Below, piece by piece: positions 9,658 through 18,244 of a stretch of 64,000 nt of DNA. The stretch spans positions 72,437 to 136,436 of the forward strand of contig VXTM01000047.1 in NCBI GenBank assembly GCA_009837445.1, given 5' to 3'. Position 1 is the stretch's first letter; every line of letters starts with the position of its first letter. Made by a program: the position numbers and the translations under genes. Source of the DNA: Acidimicrobiaceae bacterium (GTDB lineage Bacteria; Actinomycetota; Acidimicrobiia; Acidimicrobiales; Aldehydirespiratoraceae). The notes under the pieces were generated by a model. It did not search any database and was not told the origin of the DNA. It was given only the letters and a program-made list of their open reading frames with translations.

Positions 9658-10133
9658 GCCAGGAACGCGTCGAGTTGACCCTCACCGTGAACGGCGAGCG
9701 GCACGATGTGAGGGTGGAGCCGCGCAAGACCCTGGCCGACACCCTGCGAGAGGACTGCGGGCTGACCGGAACCCATCTGGGCTGTGAGCACGGCGTGTGC
9801 GGCGCCTGCACCGTCCTGGTCGACGACGAGCCGGTCCGGTCCTGTCTGATGTTCGCGGTGCAGTGCGGCAGCCAGGCGATACGCACCGTCGAGGGACTGG
9901 CCGACGGCGACCGGCTGCACCCGATCCAGCAGGCCTTCTGGGAGCACCACGGCCTGCAGTGCGGCTTCTGCACCCCCGGGTTCCTGATGCTGGCCACGTC
10001 GGTGCTCGAGTCCCGTCCCGACATCGGTGACGAGGAACTGCGGGAGGTCCTGGCGTCGAACCTCTGCCGCTGCACCGGCTACCAGAACATCATCACCTCG
10101 GTGCACGCCGCCCGCGACCAGATGCGATCGTGA
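9654..10133 (+). CDS. Mo-hydroxylase (2Fe-2S)-binding small subunit (CoxS-type), set 1
   Basis: 159 aa. ATGA overlap with the L1 stop. Motifs CEHGVCGACTV, CGFCTPG and CRCTGY. Confidence 0.9.
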   Translation: MSQERVELTLTVNGERHDVRVEPRKTLADTLREDCGLTGTHLGCEHGVCGACTVLVDDEPVRSCLMFAVQCGSQAIRTVEGLADGDRLHPIQQAFWEHHGLQCGFCTPGFLMLATSVLESRPDIGDEELREVLASNLCRCTGYQNIITSVHAARDQMRS

Positions 10134-10167
10134 TCGGAGCTCCAGCGGCGGTGGCAGCGGGATTGCT

Positions 10168-12459
10168 GTGATCGGCGAGTCGGTTCTCCGCCTCGAGGAC
10201 CAGCCCCTGCTGCGGGGCGAGGGCCGGTTCGTAGCCGACATCAACCTGTTGCACCAGCTCCACATGCGGATCGTCCGATCCCATGCGGCCCACGGCACGA
10301 TCGAGTCGATCGACGCCGCCGAGGCCCTGGACGTGCCCGGCGTGGTCGCGGTCTGGACCGGCGCCGACGTGGCCGACATCCCGCCAATCGACTTCAGGCA
10401 GGTGGGTGCCGACCAGATGGTTCCCTACCGCCAGCCGATCCTGGCCCAGGACCGGGTGCGCTACGTGGGCGAGCCCGTGGCCGCGGTGTTCGCCACCGAC
10501 CCGTACATCGCCGAGGACGGCGCCGAGGCCGTGGTGGTGGAGGTGTCGGAACTGGCGCCGGTGCTCGACGCGGCCGGCGCGCTCGGCGACTTCGACGGGC
10601 GGCTCGACACCGAGGCCTACGTGTTCACGGAGCAGACCGGCGATGTCGACGCGGCCTTCGCCCGGGCCGGGCACGTATTGGAGGCAGAGTTCAGCGTGGG
10701 GCGCCACACCGGCGTACCCCTGGAATGCCGGGGCGCGGTGGCGGTGCACCACCGCAACACCCGGACGCTCGAGTTCCTGGGGGCGGCCAAGGTCCCGTTC
10801 CAGAACCGTGATGCCCTGGCTCGGATGCTCGGCCTGCCGCCGTCGGGGGTCGTGCTGCGTGAAGCCCATGTCGGGGGTGGGTTCGGCGTGCGCGGCGAGC
10901 TGTACCCCGAGGATGTCCTGGTGGCGCTGGCCGCGTTGCGGCTGGGCCGTCCGGTCAAGTGGATCGAGGACCGCCAGGAGCACCTGGTGGCGGCCAACCA
11001 CTCGCGCGATCAGCGCTACCGGCTGCGGGTGGCCACCGACGTCTCGGGCGTGGTCGAAGGCCTCGAAGTGGAGTTCATTAGCGACCAGGGCGCCTACGTC
11101 CGCACCCACGGAGCGACGGTGGCCACTCTGGCCGCGGCCATGCTGCCGGGCCCGTACCGGATCCCGAACTACCGGGTCACCGGCCGGGTGCGGCTGTCGA
11201 ACAAGACCCCGGCCGGCACGTACCGGGCGCCGGGACGCTACGAGAGCACCTTCGTGCGGGAACGGGCAATGGACGCGATAGCCGCCGAGCTGGGAATCGA
11301 CCGGGCCGAGATCCGGCGACGCAACCTGATCGGCTCCGAAGAGATGCCGTTCGAGCGGGGCGTCGACGCGCTCGGGACGCCGGTCGTCTACGACTCCGGG
11401 CAATACGAGATGATGCTCGACCGGGTCATGGGCCACATCGACTACCGGGCCCTGGTGGCATCGCTGGCCGAGCGCCGGGCGAACGGGGAGCTGGTCGGGC
11501 TGGGGCTCGGCTTCTTCGTCGAGAAGTCCGGCCTCGGCCCCTTCGCCGGGAGCCGGATCGAGGTCGACCCCTCCGGCAGCGTCACGGTAACCACCGGCGA
11601 GGCGTCGGTCGGTCAGGGCTTCGAGACGGTCATGGCCCAGATCTGCACGGAGGTCCTCAGCGTGGAGCTCGACACGGTCTCGGTGGTCCACGGCCAGACC
11701 GACCAGATGTCCTACGGGATGGGAGCCTTCGCCAGCCGGGCCACCGTGATGGCAGGAACCGCCACCCACGCAGCTGGCGTAGCCCTGCGCCGGCGCGCCA
11801 TCGAGGTCGCCGCGGAGATGCTCGAGGCCAGCCCGGAGGACCTAGAACTGGTCGATGGCGCCGTGAGAGTAGTCGGCTCGCCCACCCGGGCCGTGTCGCT
11901 GGGCGCCGTCGCGTCGGCTCTCGGTCCGGCGTCGCCGCATGTGCAGGACCGGCCGGGGCTGGTGGCCGAGGAGTGGTACACCACAAGCCACATGAACTAC
12001 CCGTACGGCCTGCATGCCGGAGTGGTGGTGCTCGATCCCGACACCGGGAGCGTGGGGATCGAGCGGTACGTGATCGCCTACGACATCGGGCGGGCCATCA
12101 ACCCGATGCTGGTGGAGGGCCAGATCGTCGGCGGCGCGGCCCAGGGCCTCGGCGGCGCGCTGTTCGAGGACTTCGGCTACGACGAGATCGGCCAGCCCCT
12201 GGTGACCACGTTCATGGACTATCTGATGCCGACCGCGGCGGAGATGCCCGACCTGGAAATCCTGCTGTCCGAGGACGCCCCCAGCCCGCTGAACCCGCTT
12301 GGCGTCAAGGGCGCAGGCGAGGGCGGCACCAACGCCTGCGGCGCGGTGATCGCGGCCGCCGTTGACGACGCACTAGGCCGTCCCGGCGCGGTCACCTCCC
12401 TGCCCCTCACCCCCGAACGCCTACACACCCTCTGCCGGTCCGGCGGAGGGTCGTCCTGA
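10168..12459 (+). CDS. Second full-length xanthine-dehydrogenase-family molybdopterin-binding large subunit (L2)
   Basis: GTG at 10168 (34 nt after the S stop) preferred over the ORF start at 10027, which overlaps S. N-terminus VIGESVLRLEDQPLLRGEGRFVADI. About 763 aa. Loop GTYRAPGRY. Confidence 0.8.
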   Translation: MIGESVLRLEDQPLLRGEGRFVADINLLHQLHMRIVRSHAAHGTIESIDAAEALDVPGVVAVWTGADVADIPPIDFRQVGADQMVPYRQPILAQDRVRYVGEPVAAVFATDPYIAEDGAEAVVVEVSELAPVLDAAGALGDFDGRLDTEAYVFTEQTGDVDAAFARAGHVLEAEFSVGRHTGVPLECRGAVAVHHRNTRTLEFLGAAKVPFQNRDALARMLGLPPSGVVLREAHVGGGFGVRGELYPEDVLVALAALRLGRPVKWIEDRQEHLVAANHSRDQRYRLRVATDVSGVVEGLEVEFISDQGAYVRTHGATVATLAAAMLPGPYRIPNYRVTGRVRLSNKTPAGTYRAPGRYESTFVRERAMDAIAAELGIDRAEIRRRNLIGSEEMPFERGVDALGTPVVYDSGQYEMMLDRVMGHIDYRALVASLAERRANGELVGLGLGFFVEKSGLGPFAGSRIEVDPSGSVTVTTGEASVGQGFETVMAQICTEVLSVELDTVSVVHGQTDQMSYGMGAFASRATVMAGTATHAAGVALRRRAIEVAAEMLEASPEDLELVDGAVRVVGSPTRAVSLGAVASALGPASPHVQDRPGLVAEEWYTTSHMNYPYGLHAGVVVLDPDTGSVGIERYVIAYDIGRAINPMLVEGQIVGGAAQGLGGALFEDFGYDEIGQPLVTTFMDYLMPTAAEMPDLEILLSEDAPSPLNPLGVKGAGEGGTNACGAVIAAAVDDALGRPGAVTSLPLTPERLHTLCRSGGGSS

Positions 12460-12462
12460 GGT

Positions 12463-13371
12463 CTAGGCGGCGGCTCGGAGCTCCTCGGGGCTGCCGGGGA
12501 TGATCCCCAGGCCCGGGTCGCCGGATGCGCCGAAGGCGGGGGGCCGGGGGTTGGAGGTGCCCCACAGATCGGACTGCTCCGGAACGGCCTCCCAGGTGCG
12601 CACAACCCAGTCCGGGGTGTCGACCGCCATCAGCTCGGTGGTGAACTCGCAGACGAAGCCCGCGGGGGAGCGGAAGTAGGCGAAGGCGTTGTCGCCGGGC
12701 CCGTGGCGACCCGGACCCCAGAGGATCTCATGGCCGTGCCGCATGGCCCGACCCGTCGCCCGCATGAAGTCGTCGATGTCGGCGCACTCGTAGGCCACGT
12801 GGTTCAGGCCGGGCACGGGCGTGGCGGCCAGCGCGACCTGATGGTGGTAGCGGCTGGTGGTCATGAACACGAGCCTGTCCTCCAGCCAGTCGGTGACCCG
12901 AAAGCCCAGCGCGGTGCAGTACCAGTCCGCGAGAGCGGCGTTGTCGCTGCTGTTGAACACGACGTGGCTCACGTCGAGCGGCAGGCCCTTCCCGCGTTCA
13001 TGTGGTGGCCGGGTACGGACGGCCGTGCCGGCCGAGATCGACAGCAGGTGGCCCTCAGGATCGAACACCTCGAAGCCGTACCCGCCGTCCACCGTCGGGC
13101 CGGGACGGCCGACCAGATCGGCCTCCAGCCCGACGAGGTGATCGTGCATCTGATCGACCAGCGAGCGGCTGTCGACTCCGAAGGCCACCGCATCGGCCCG
13201 ATCCATCGGGGCTTGTCGAAGCGTGGTGATCGCAGGCTCGATCGATCCGGGCGCCGAGAACCGGACACAACCGTTCTGGCTGTCCTCCGGGACGAGCCCG
13301 AACACGTCACGCAGGAAGCGGGCCTGGCCCTCGATGTCCCGCACTCCGAAACTGACGCTGCGCAACCGCAA
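12463..13371 (-). CDS. Two-module VOC-family extradiol ring-cleavage dioxygenase (BphC/HsaC-like)
   Basis: TTG at 13371 preceded by AAGGAG (6-nt spacer), 23 nt after the beta-subunit stop. The longer ORF to 13653 would overlap the upstream gene. About 302 aa, with HVAYECADIDDF and GPGRHGPGDNAFAYF blocks. Confidence 0.7.
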   Translation of the reverse strand: MRLRSVSFGVRDIEGQARFLRDVFGLVPEDSQNGCVRFSAPGSIEPAITTLRQAPMDRADAVAFGVDSRSLVDQMHDHLVGLEADLVGRPGPTVDGGYGFEVFDPEGHLLSISAGTAVRTRPPHERGKGLPLDVSHVVFNSSDNAALADWYCTALGFRVTDWLEDRLVFMTTSRYHHQVALAATPVPGLNHVAYECADIDDFMRATGRAMRHGHEILWGPGRHGPGDNAFAYFRSPAGFVCEFTTELMAVDTPDWVVRTWEAVPEQSDLWGTSNPRPPAFGASGDPGLGIIPGSPEELRAAA

Positions 13372-13394
13372 GGCAATCTCCTTCGCGTAACCGG

Positions 13395-13946
13395 TCAGAC
13401 GATAGTCCTGATGCGGGGTGCATCCACGACCGCGTCGAGGAGCACGACGAACCGAGACATGATCGAGAACGAGTCGCCCGCCCGGCGGACAATGTCGAAC
13501 CGCTCGCCGGTCATGTCCCCCGACTGGGTGCCGTGACGCACCATCGCGACCCGGACGTTCAGCCTGGCCAGGTAGGTGTCGGAGCGGTCCGTCGAGCGGA
13601 CCCGGAGCGCTGACAGGAACCGGCGCGTCCGGACCGGGGGCCGATCGGCCCACGACACCGCGATGTTGTCGTCGGTCAGCCGTGCCACCCAGTTCTCGTC
13701 GATCGACTCCCGGGTCTCGTCCATGAACAGAGCGCCCGGGTCGTAGCCGAGCTGGGGGTGCTGGTCGGTCACCAGCGGCACGGGGACGAGGTACGTGAAG
13801 TCCTCATCGACGAGGTCGAGCCACTCCTTGAGGCGCCATTCGTCCAGCAGCTCGGCCTCGTAGGCGTAGAAGAGGCCCAGTTCCTGGTGGACCGGCAGCG
13901 GAGCGGGCCCTCCGGTGGTGGTCGGATGGACCCAGCGGGCCTTCAT
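13395..13946 (-). CDS. Ring-hydroxylating dioxygenase beta (small) subunit, set 1
   Basis: ATG at 13946 in an ATGA overlap with the alpha stop. 183 aa. NTF2-like (FYAYEAELLDEWRLKEWLDL). Confidence 0.8.
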   Translation of the reverse strand: MKARWVHPTTTGGPAPLPVHQELGLFYAYEAELLDEWRLKEWLDLVDEDFTYLVPVPLVTDQHPQLGYDPGALFMDETRESIDENWVARLTDDNIAVSWADRPPVRTRRFLSALRVRSTDRSDTYLARLNVRVAMVRHGTQSGDMTGERFDIVRRAGDSFSIMSRFVVLLDAVVDAPRIRTIV

Positions 13947-15280
13947 CGAATGGACGCGGCCGGCTCGGCGACAGCCGTGAGCTCCATGCGGCGGCGCCAC
14001 TCGGTGAGGAAGCCGCGGAGGGTGTGCTCGCTGCGGTCGGCGTCCTGCACGTGGCCGGGCCACTCCAGGCCGTGCGCGTCGGGATGGTGGGTGCCGGCCA
14101 CGTAGTGGTAGGACTGGTCGAGCCCGACCGGCCCGCTGTTGGCCTCGGCCATCCCGAGGAAGTTCTCGTTGTCGTCGAGCTCGAACATCCCGCCGGGGCC
14201 GTTGGTCCTGAGGTAGGCCCGCTGGGAACGCTCCTTCCATGTCTCGGAGGCGTCGGCCGGCACGAGGTGCCACCACCAGATCTCGGTCAAGCCCTCGTCG
14301 ACAGGGACCTTGAGGGTGAGCCGGGTGTAGCGGCACATCGAGCCGGGCCCGTCGGTGGCGGTCTTGAAGTTCTCCAGGAAGGACAGGTTGGGGAACACGC
14401 TGCCGTGGGTGACCGAGGTGCGGGCCATGATGTCGACCTGGCCCGGTTTCAGGTTGCGCTCGATCTCACCCCAGAGCTCCTCCGGGTATCCGAGGAACCC
14501 GGGCGGGTGGGTCTCGATGGGCAGGTGCTGGATCCGGATGGTGTGGCCGTTGCCGCACTGCACGGTGCGTCCGGGGAACTTCGGTCCGATCAGGTCGCCG
14601 TACGGGGCCACGTCCTCGGGGCTGGGGAAGAGCCCGAACCGCAGCGCGGTCTCGTGGGTGATCATGGTGTGGTAGCCGTCGCCGGAGAGGTTCTCGGTCT
14701 CGGCCTTCCAGTTGGCGCGGATGCGGGTCCGCACCGGCGAGCCCATGACCTCGAACCCGTTGTCGAACTTCCCGAACAGCGCGTCGAAGTAGTAGGTCAT
14801 GTGGCCTAGGGCCTCGCTCAGCGACGGACCCTTGAAGTCCCATGTGGCGAAGATCAGCCCATGCAGGACCTCGACCCGGGCTGAGCGGAGGTTGAAGCGC
14901 GACTTGTCGAGGTCGGGGCCGTACACCTCCTTCTCGTAGGTGACGGCCAGGCACTTGCCGTCGAGACCGTAGGCCCAGCCGTGGTAGGAGCATCTGTGGG
15001 CCTTGGTGTTGCCGCGTTCGGGCCGGCAGAGCTTCACGCCCCGGTGCGAGCACGAGTTCAGCATCACGCCGACGGTGCCGTCCCGGCCCCGGTTCACGAT
15101 TACCGGGTCGACGCCGAGGGGCCTGGTCACGTAGTCGCCCGGCTCAGGGATCTCGGAGACGTGCCCTACGAAGAACCATGACGTCTTGAAGATCGAGTCC
15201 AGCTCGCGGCGATGGATCTCGGGGTCGTGGTAGATGCGTCGGCTGACCCGGAACCCGCCATCGGTGTCGATCAGTGCCAT
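13943..15280 (-). CDS. Rieske ring-hydroxylating dioxygenase alpha subunit, set 1
   Basis: 445 aa. Rieske motif CSHRGVKLC...CSYHGW. Catalytic-domain block GDGYHTMITHE. Confidence 0.9.
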   Translation of the reverse strand: MALIDTDGGFRVSRRIYHDPEIHRRELDSIFKTSWFFVGHVSEIPEPGDYVTRPLGVDPVIVNRGRDGTVGVMLNSCSHRGVKLCRPERGNTKAHRCSYHGWAYGLDGKCLAVTYEKEVYGPDLDKSRFNLRSARVEVLHGLIFATWDFKGPSLSEALGHMTYYFDALFGKFDNGFEVMGSPVRTRIRANWKAETENLSGDGYHTMITHETALRFGLFPSPEDVAPYGDLIGPKFPGRTVQCGNGHTIRIQHLPIETHPPGFLGYPEELWGEIERNLKPGQVDIMARTSVTHGSVFPNLSFLENFKTATDGPGSMCRYTRLTLKVPVDEGLTEIWWWHLVPADASETWKERSQRAYLRTNGPGGMFELDDNENFLGMAEANSGPVGLDQSYHYVAGTHHPDAHGLEWPGHVQDADRSEHTLRGFLTEWRRRMELTAVAEPAASIR

Positions 15281-15304
15281 CGCGATGCCCCCTCTCTCAA
15301 GAAG

Positions 15305-16282
15305 CTAGTCCCGCATGATGCGCAGGGTCCCAATCTCGGGCGCGGGAATGCCCATTCCCCGCTCGTGCGCGGCCACCAGCAGCCGGTGGGCCAGGGCGAG
15401 GTCCTGCTCGACGGTGCCGATGGACTTGAAGACCAGCGGGCCCTCGCCGGCCTGCTCGTACGGTGACTCCAGCCAGTCCTTCAACAGCACGGCCCGGTCG
15501 GGGTCGAAGCCGAATCGCTCGGCCGCGTCGATGACATCACCCGGCTCGTGACGGGCGTCGGCACAGTCGAACACCACCTGCGAGGCTTCGGCGAAGACAT
15601 CGCCGACCAGCTCCCGCTGATCGGGCCGGGTCGATCCGATTCCGGCCAGCATCTCTAGATGGGCGACCTGGCAGGCCTCCAGGAACGCCGGGCCGAGAGA
15701 CGATGTGGCGACATACGACTGCTGGGCGCCGGCCAGCGCGGCGTCCACCGAGTCCACCGGGTAGACGGGCACGCCTGCGACGGGGCCGAGAGCCTCGCAG
15801 AACGACTCCCGGTTGGCCCGGGTGGGACTGAACACCGCCACCTCGGCCAGCGTCGACACCGCGGCCACCGCCCGCAGTCCTTCTTTGGCCTCCTCGCCGC
15901 TGCCGATCACTGCCAGCTTCTTGGGCCGGCCGTCGTCGACGTGCTCGAAGGCCAGCGCGGCCGTCGAGGCGGTGCGCAGGCTGGTGATGCGGCGACCGTC
16001 GACGACCCCGATCATGTCGGCGGTGTCCCGGTCGAAGACGCTGACGTGGTAGCGGACCCGCTTGCCGACCCGGTGGAACTCCTTGTAGCCGACGATCCCG
16101 ATCTCACCCAGGATGCCGGCCAGCACCCGCATCCAGGTGTGGCCGTCGCCGATCTGCACCCTTCCGGTCACCGCCTCGGCGCGGGCTGAGACCCGGGCCG
16201 CCTCCAACCCGACCTCCACCGAGGCCAACTCGTCGACGAGGTCGCCGTCGAGGAACAGGGGCGGGTCACCCAGCGCGGTCAC
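15305..16282 (-). CDS. Ornithine cyclodeaminase/mu-crystallin family protein
   Basis: 325 aa. Blocks ITSLRTASTAALA, LAVIGSGEEA (Rossmann) and FKSIGTVEQDLALA. Confidence 0.75.
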   Translation of the reverse strand: MTALGDPPLFLDGDLVDELASVEVGLEAARVSARAEAVTGRVQIGDGHTWMRVLAGILGEIGIVGYKEFHRVGKRVRYHVSVFDRDTADMIGVVDGRRITSLRTASTAALAFEHVDDGRPKKLAVIGSGEEAKEGLRAVAAVSTLAEVAVFSPTRANRESFCEALGPVAGVPVYPVDSVDAALAGAQQSYVATSSLGPAFLEACQVAHLEMLAGIGSTRPDQRELVGDVFAEASQVVFDCADARHEPGDVIDAAERFGFDPDRAVLLKDWLESPYEQAGEGPLVFKSIGTVEQDLALAHRLLVAAHERGMGIPAPEIGTLRIMRD

Positions 16283-17298
16283 TTCGGATTCCTGCCGACC
16301 CAGAACTCCTCGTCGCCGTCGTCGGTGACGTCGAGGCCGGCGTCCACCGCGGCCTTGCGGATCATGCCCATCTGCGCCGCGTTGATGCGGGCCAGCGGCG
16401 CTCGAAGCGGCCCCCCATTGAAGCCGATCAGCCAGCCCTGGTACTTCCAGATGCTCCGGGGCACCATCCCGGTGGAGGCCACGACGGGGCTGGCGGTGGC
16501 GCTGTTGGCCTTGCGGATGGGCGCGTTGCGCCAGTACAGGTCCATGCCGTCGTCCCAGGTGGCGGGATCACTGAGCAGCTTGAGCATCTGTGGAACGCGG
16601 GGTCCGAAGGCCTCGTAGTTCGAGGTGCCCATGTACTTCATGCCGTAGTGCCGGATCCAGATCGGCGCGTTGTACTCCATGGGATCGGTCACGACGACTT
16701 GGTCGCCCAGGAGCCGGAAGACGTCGTCCATGCCTCCCGTGTAGGGCAGGCCGATCTCGTTCTTGATCCCCACCAGCATCGGACAGTCGGCCACCAGCCT
16801 CTCCAGCAGTCCCACCGGAAACGCGGCCGGATGCAGCCGGGCGAAGTTCCACTGGTCGATGGCGAACAGCAGCACGCCAAGCGGCGAGCGGTCGATCATC
16901 GCCTTGCTGGCCTCGTAGAGCTCGTCGAGGGTGCGAGGGTAGAACGTCAGCGGGTAGGACGGCAGCACCAGATCGGCCCCCAGCTCGGCGCCCCATTCGA
17001 TGGTGAGCTGCTGCTGGTCCCAGGTCGGCTGGGATGCTTGGACGACCACGACGAGGTCCCCGGCCGCGTCGATGACGATCTCCAGCAGCCGCCGGTACTC
17101 CTCGAGGGTCGTGCCCCCCTCGCTCACCGCCAGCACCGCGCTCATGCCGAGCTCCCGCTCCATCTCGACGTCGTGGCGGATGGCGGCTTCGTTCAGCGTC
17201 GACAGGTCGCCGGTGAAGGTGGGCAGCACACAGCCGCAGCACCCTCTTAGATTCTCCAGCGCCCACGCCCGCGCCCCGGTAGCGCGGTATTCAGGCAT
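16279..17298 (-). CDS. Dihydrodipicolinate synthase (DapA)-like class I aldolase family protein
   Basis: ATG at 17298 preceded by GGAGGTGG (5-nt spacer). Candidate Schiff-base lysine in LVGIKNE. 4-nt overlap with the downstream gene. Confidence 0.6.
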   Translation of the reverse strand: MPEYRATGARAWALENLRGCCGCVLPTFTGDLSTLNEAAIRHDVEMERELGMSAVLAVSEGGTTLEEYRRLLEIVIDAAGDLVVVVQASQPTWDQQQLTIEWGAELGADLVLPSYPLTFYPRTLDELYEASKAMIDRSPLGVLLFAIDQWNFARLHPAAFPVGLLERLVADCPMLVGIKNEIGLPYTGGMDDVFRLLGDQVVVTDPMEYNAPIWIRHYGMKYMGTSNYEAFGPRVPQMLKLLSDPATWDDGMDLYWRNAPIRKANSATASPVVASTGMVPRSIWKYQGWLIGFNGGPLRAPLARINAAQMGMIRKAAVDAGLDVTDDGDEEFWVGRNPK

Positions 17299-18241
17299 CT
17301 TGACCACCTCCGGTCCGCCCAGCCGCACGAGTCAGGAACAGTCGCTCGGCGTTGCGTCCGAGCATGTCGGCCCGTTGCTCGTCGTTCAAGCCCAGTTCGT
17401 CCACGACGGCCAGGTGGCGCTGCACCGGCCACGGAACCGGCGGGCAGTCGGTGCCGAAGCAGACGTGGTCTGAGCCCACCGTCTCCAAGGCCATCCGCAG
17501 TGGCCGGCTCCCGAAGGTGACCGTGTCGAGGAAGAGCTTCTTGACGTGGCTCGAGGGCGGCTCGGCCAGCTCTACCTCGCCCCACGGTCCCAGGGGGGCG
17601 TAGTTGCGCAGTTCGTGCCCGAAGTCGAGCCGATCGGCGATGGTGGTGATGGCCCCGCCGGCGTGGGCGCAGAGCAGCCGGAGCTGCGGGAACTGCTCGT
17701 AGGTGCCGGTGAGGATGAAGCGGGCCAGCGTGACCGTCATGTCCAGGGGGCGCCCGCACACTTCGCCCATGCGGTAGATGCCCATGAGGTCCTGGCCGAC
17801 GGTTTGACCGCCGGGGTGGACGAACAGGGGCGCGCCGATGCTCGAGACGTAGTCCCAGAACCCGGCCGGGACGCTGTCGAGATAGCGGTTCTGGTCGCTT
17901 GTCGGCAGAGCGAAGCCGGCCAGTCCGAGTTCCTCGGTGGCCCGCCGGGCCTCGGCCAGGTGCTCGGGTCCGCGCCAGGGGACCGCAGTGGCCAGGCCGG
18001 CGAAGGTCCCTGGATGCTGGCGGGCCAGATCTGCGACGAAGTCGTTGTAGGCGCGGACCTGCTCGATGTCGCCGGTGTCGAGGTCGCCGTACCAGATGTG
18101 AGGGTCGGAGACGATCGAGGTGGTGAGCCCGCCCTCCTCCATCCGTTCGAGTTGCCGGGGCACATCGAACAGATCGGGTGGCATGTGACCCCTCGGCTGC
18201 CACTGCGGAGGGAAGAGATGGACGTGACTGTCGACGATCAT
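17291..18241 (-). CDS. Amidohydrolase_2 family protein (ACMSD-like decarboxylase/hydratase)
   Basis: 316 aa. N-terminal MIVDSHVHLFPP metal motif. C-terminal MLGRNAERLFL is typical of the family. Confidence 0.75.
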   Translation of the reverse strand: MIVDSHVHLFPPQWQPRGHMPPDLFDVPRQLERMEEGGLTTSIVSDPHIWYGDLDTGDIEQVRAYNDFVADLARQHPGTFAGLATAVPWRGPEHLAEARRATEELGLAGFALPTSDQNRYLDSVPAGFWDYVSSIGAPLFVHPGGQTVGQDLMGIYRMGEVCGRPLDMTVTLARFILTGTYEQFPQLRLLCAHAGGAITTIADRLDFGHELRNYAPLGPWGEVELAEPPSSHVKKLFLDTVTFGSRPLRMALETVGSDHVCFGTDCPPVPWPVQRHLAVVDELGLNDEQRADMLGRNAERLFLTRAAGRTGGGQDA

Positions 18242-18244
18242 GAG

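Noticed and set aside
6423-12459. Calling the CoxM/L/S-like genes aerobic carbon monoxide dehydrogenase.
   Set aside because: None of the three large subunits has the form-I VAYRCSFR active-site loop; they read APYRGVSRP, GTYRAPGRY and GTYRGPGMTE. No coxDEFG-type accessory genes are present. The context is aromatic or heterocycle catabolism.
12463-13653. 5' extensions of ORF-track entries that overlap the upstream gene: 12463..13653, 13395..14336, 20521..21561, 24763..26442, 31933..34065, 36274..38091, 44930..46309, 7060..9657, 5273..5833.
   Set aside because: The homology-bearing sequence begins at an internal ATG, GTG or TTG that has an SD or a 4-nt stop/start overlap. The extra N-terminal parts are Arg/Pro-rich and are read from the other gene's coding DNA.
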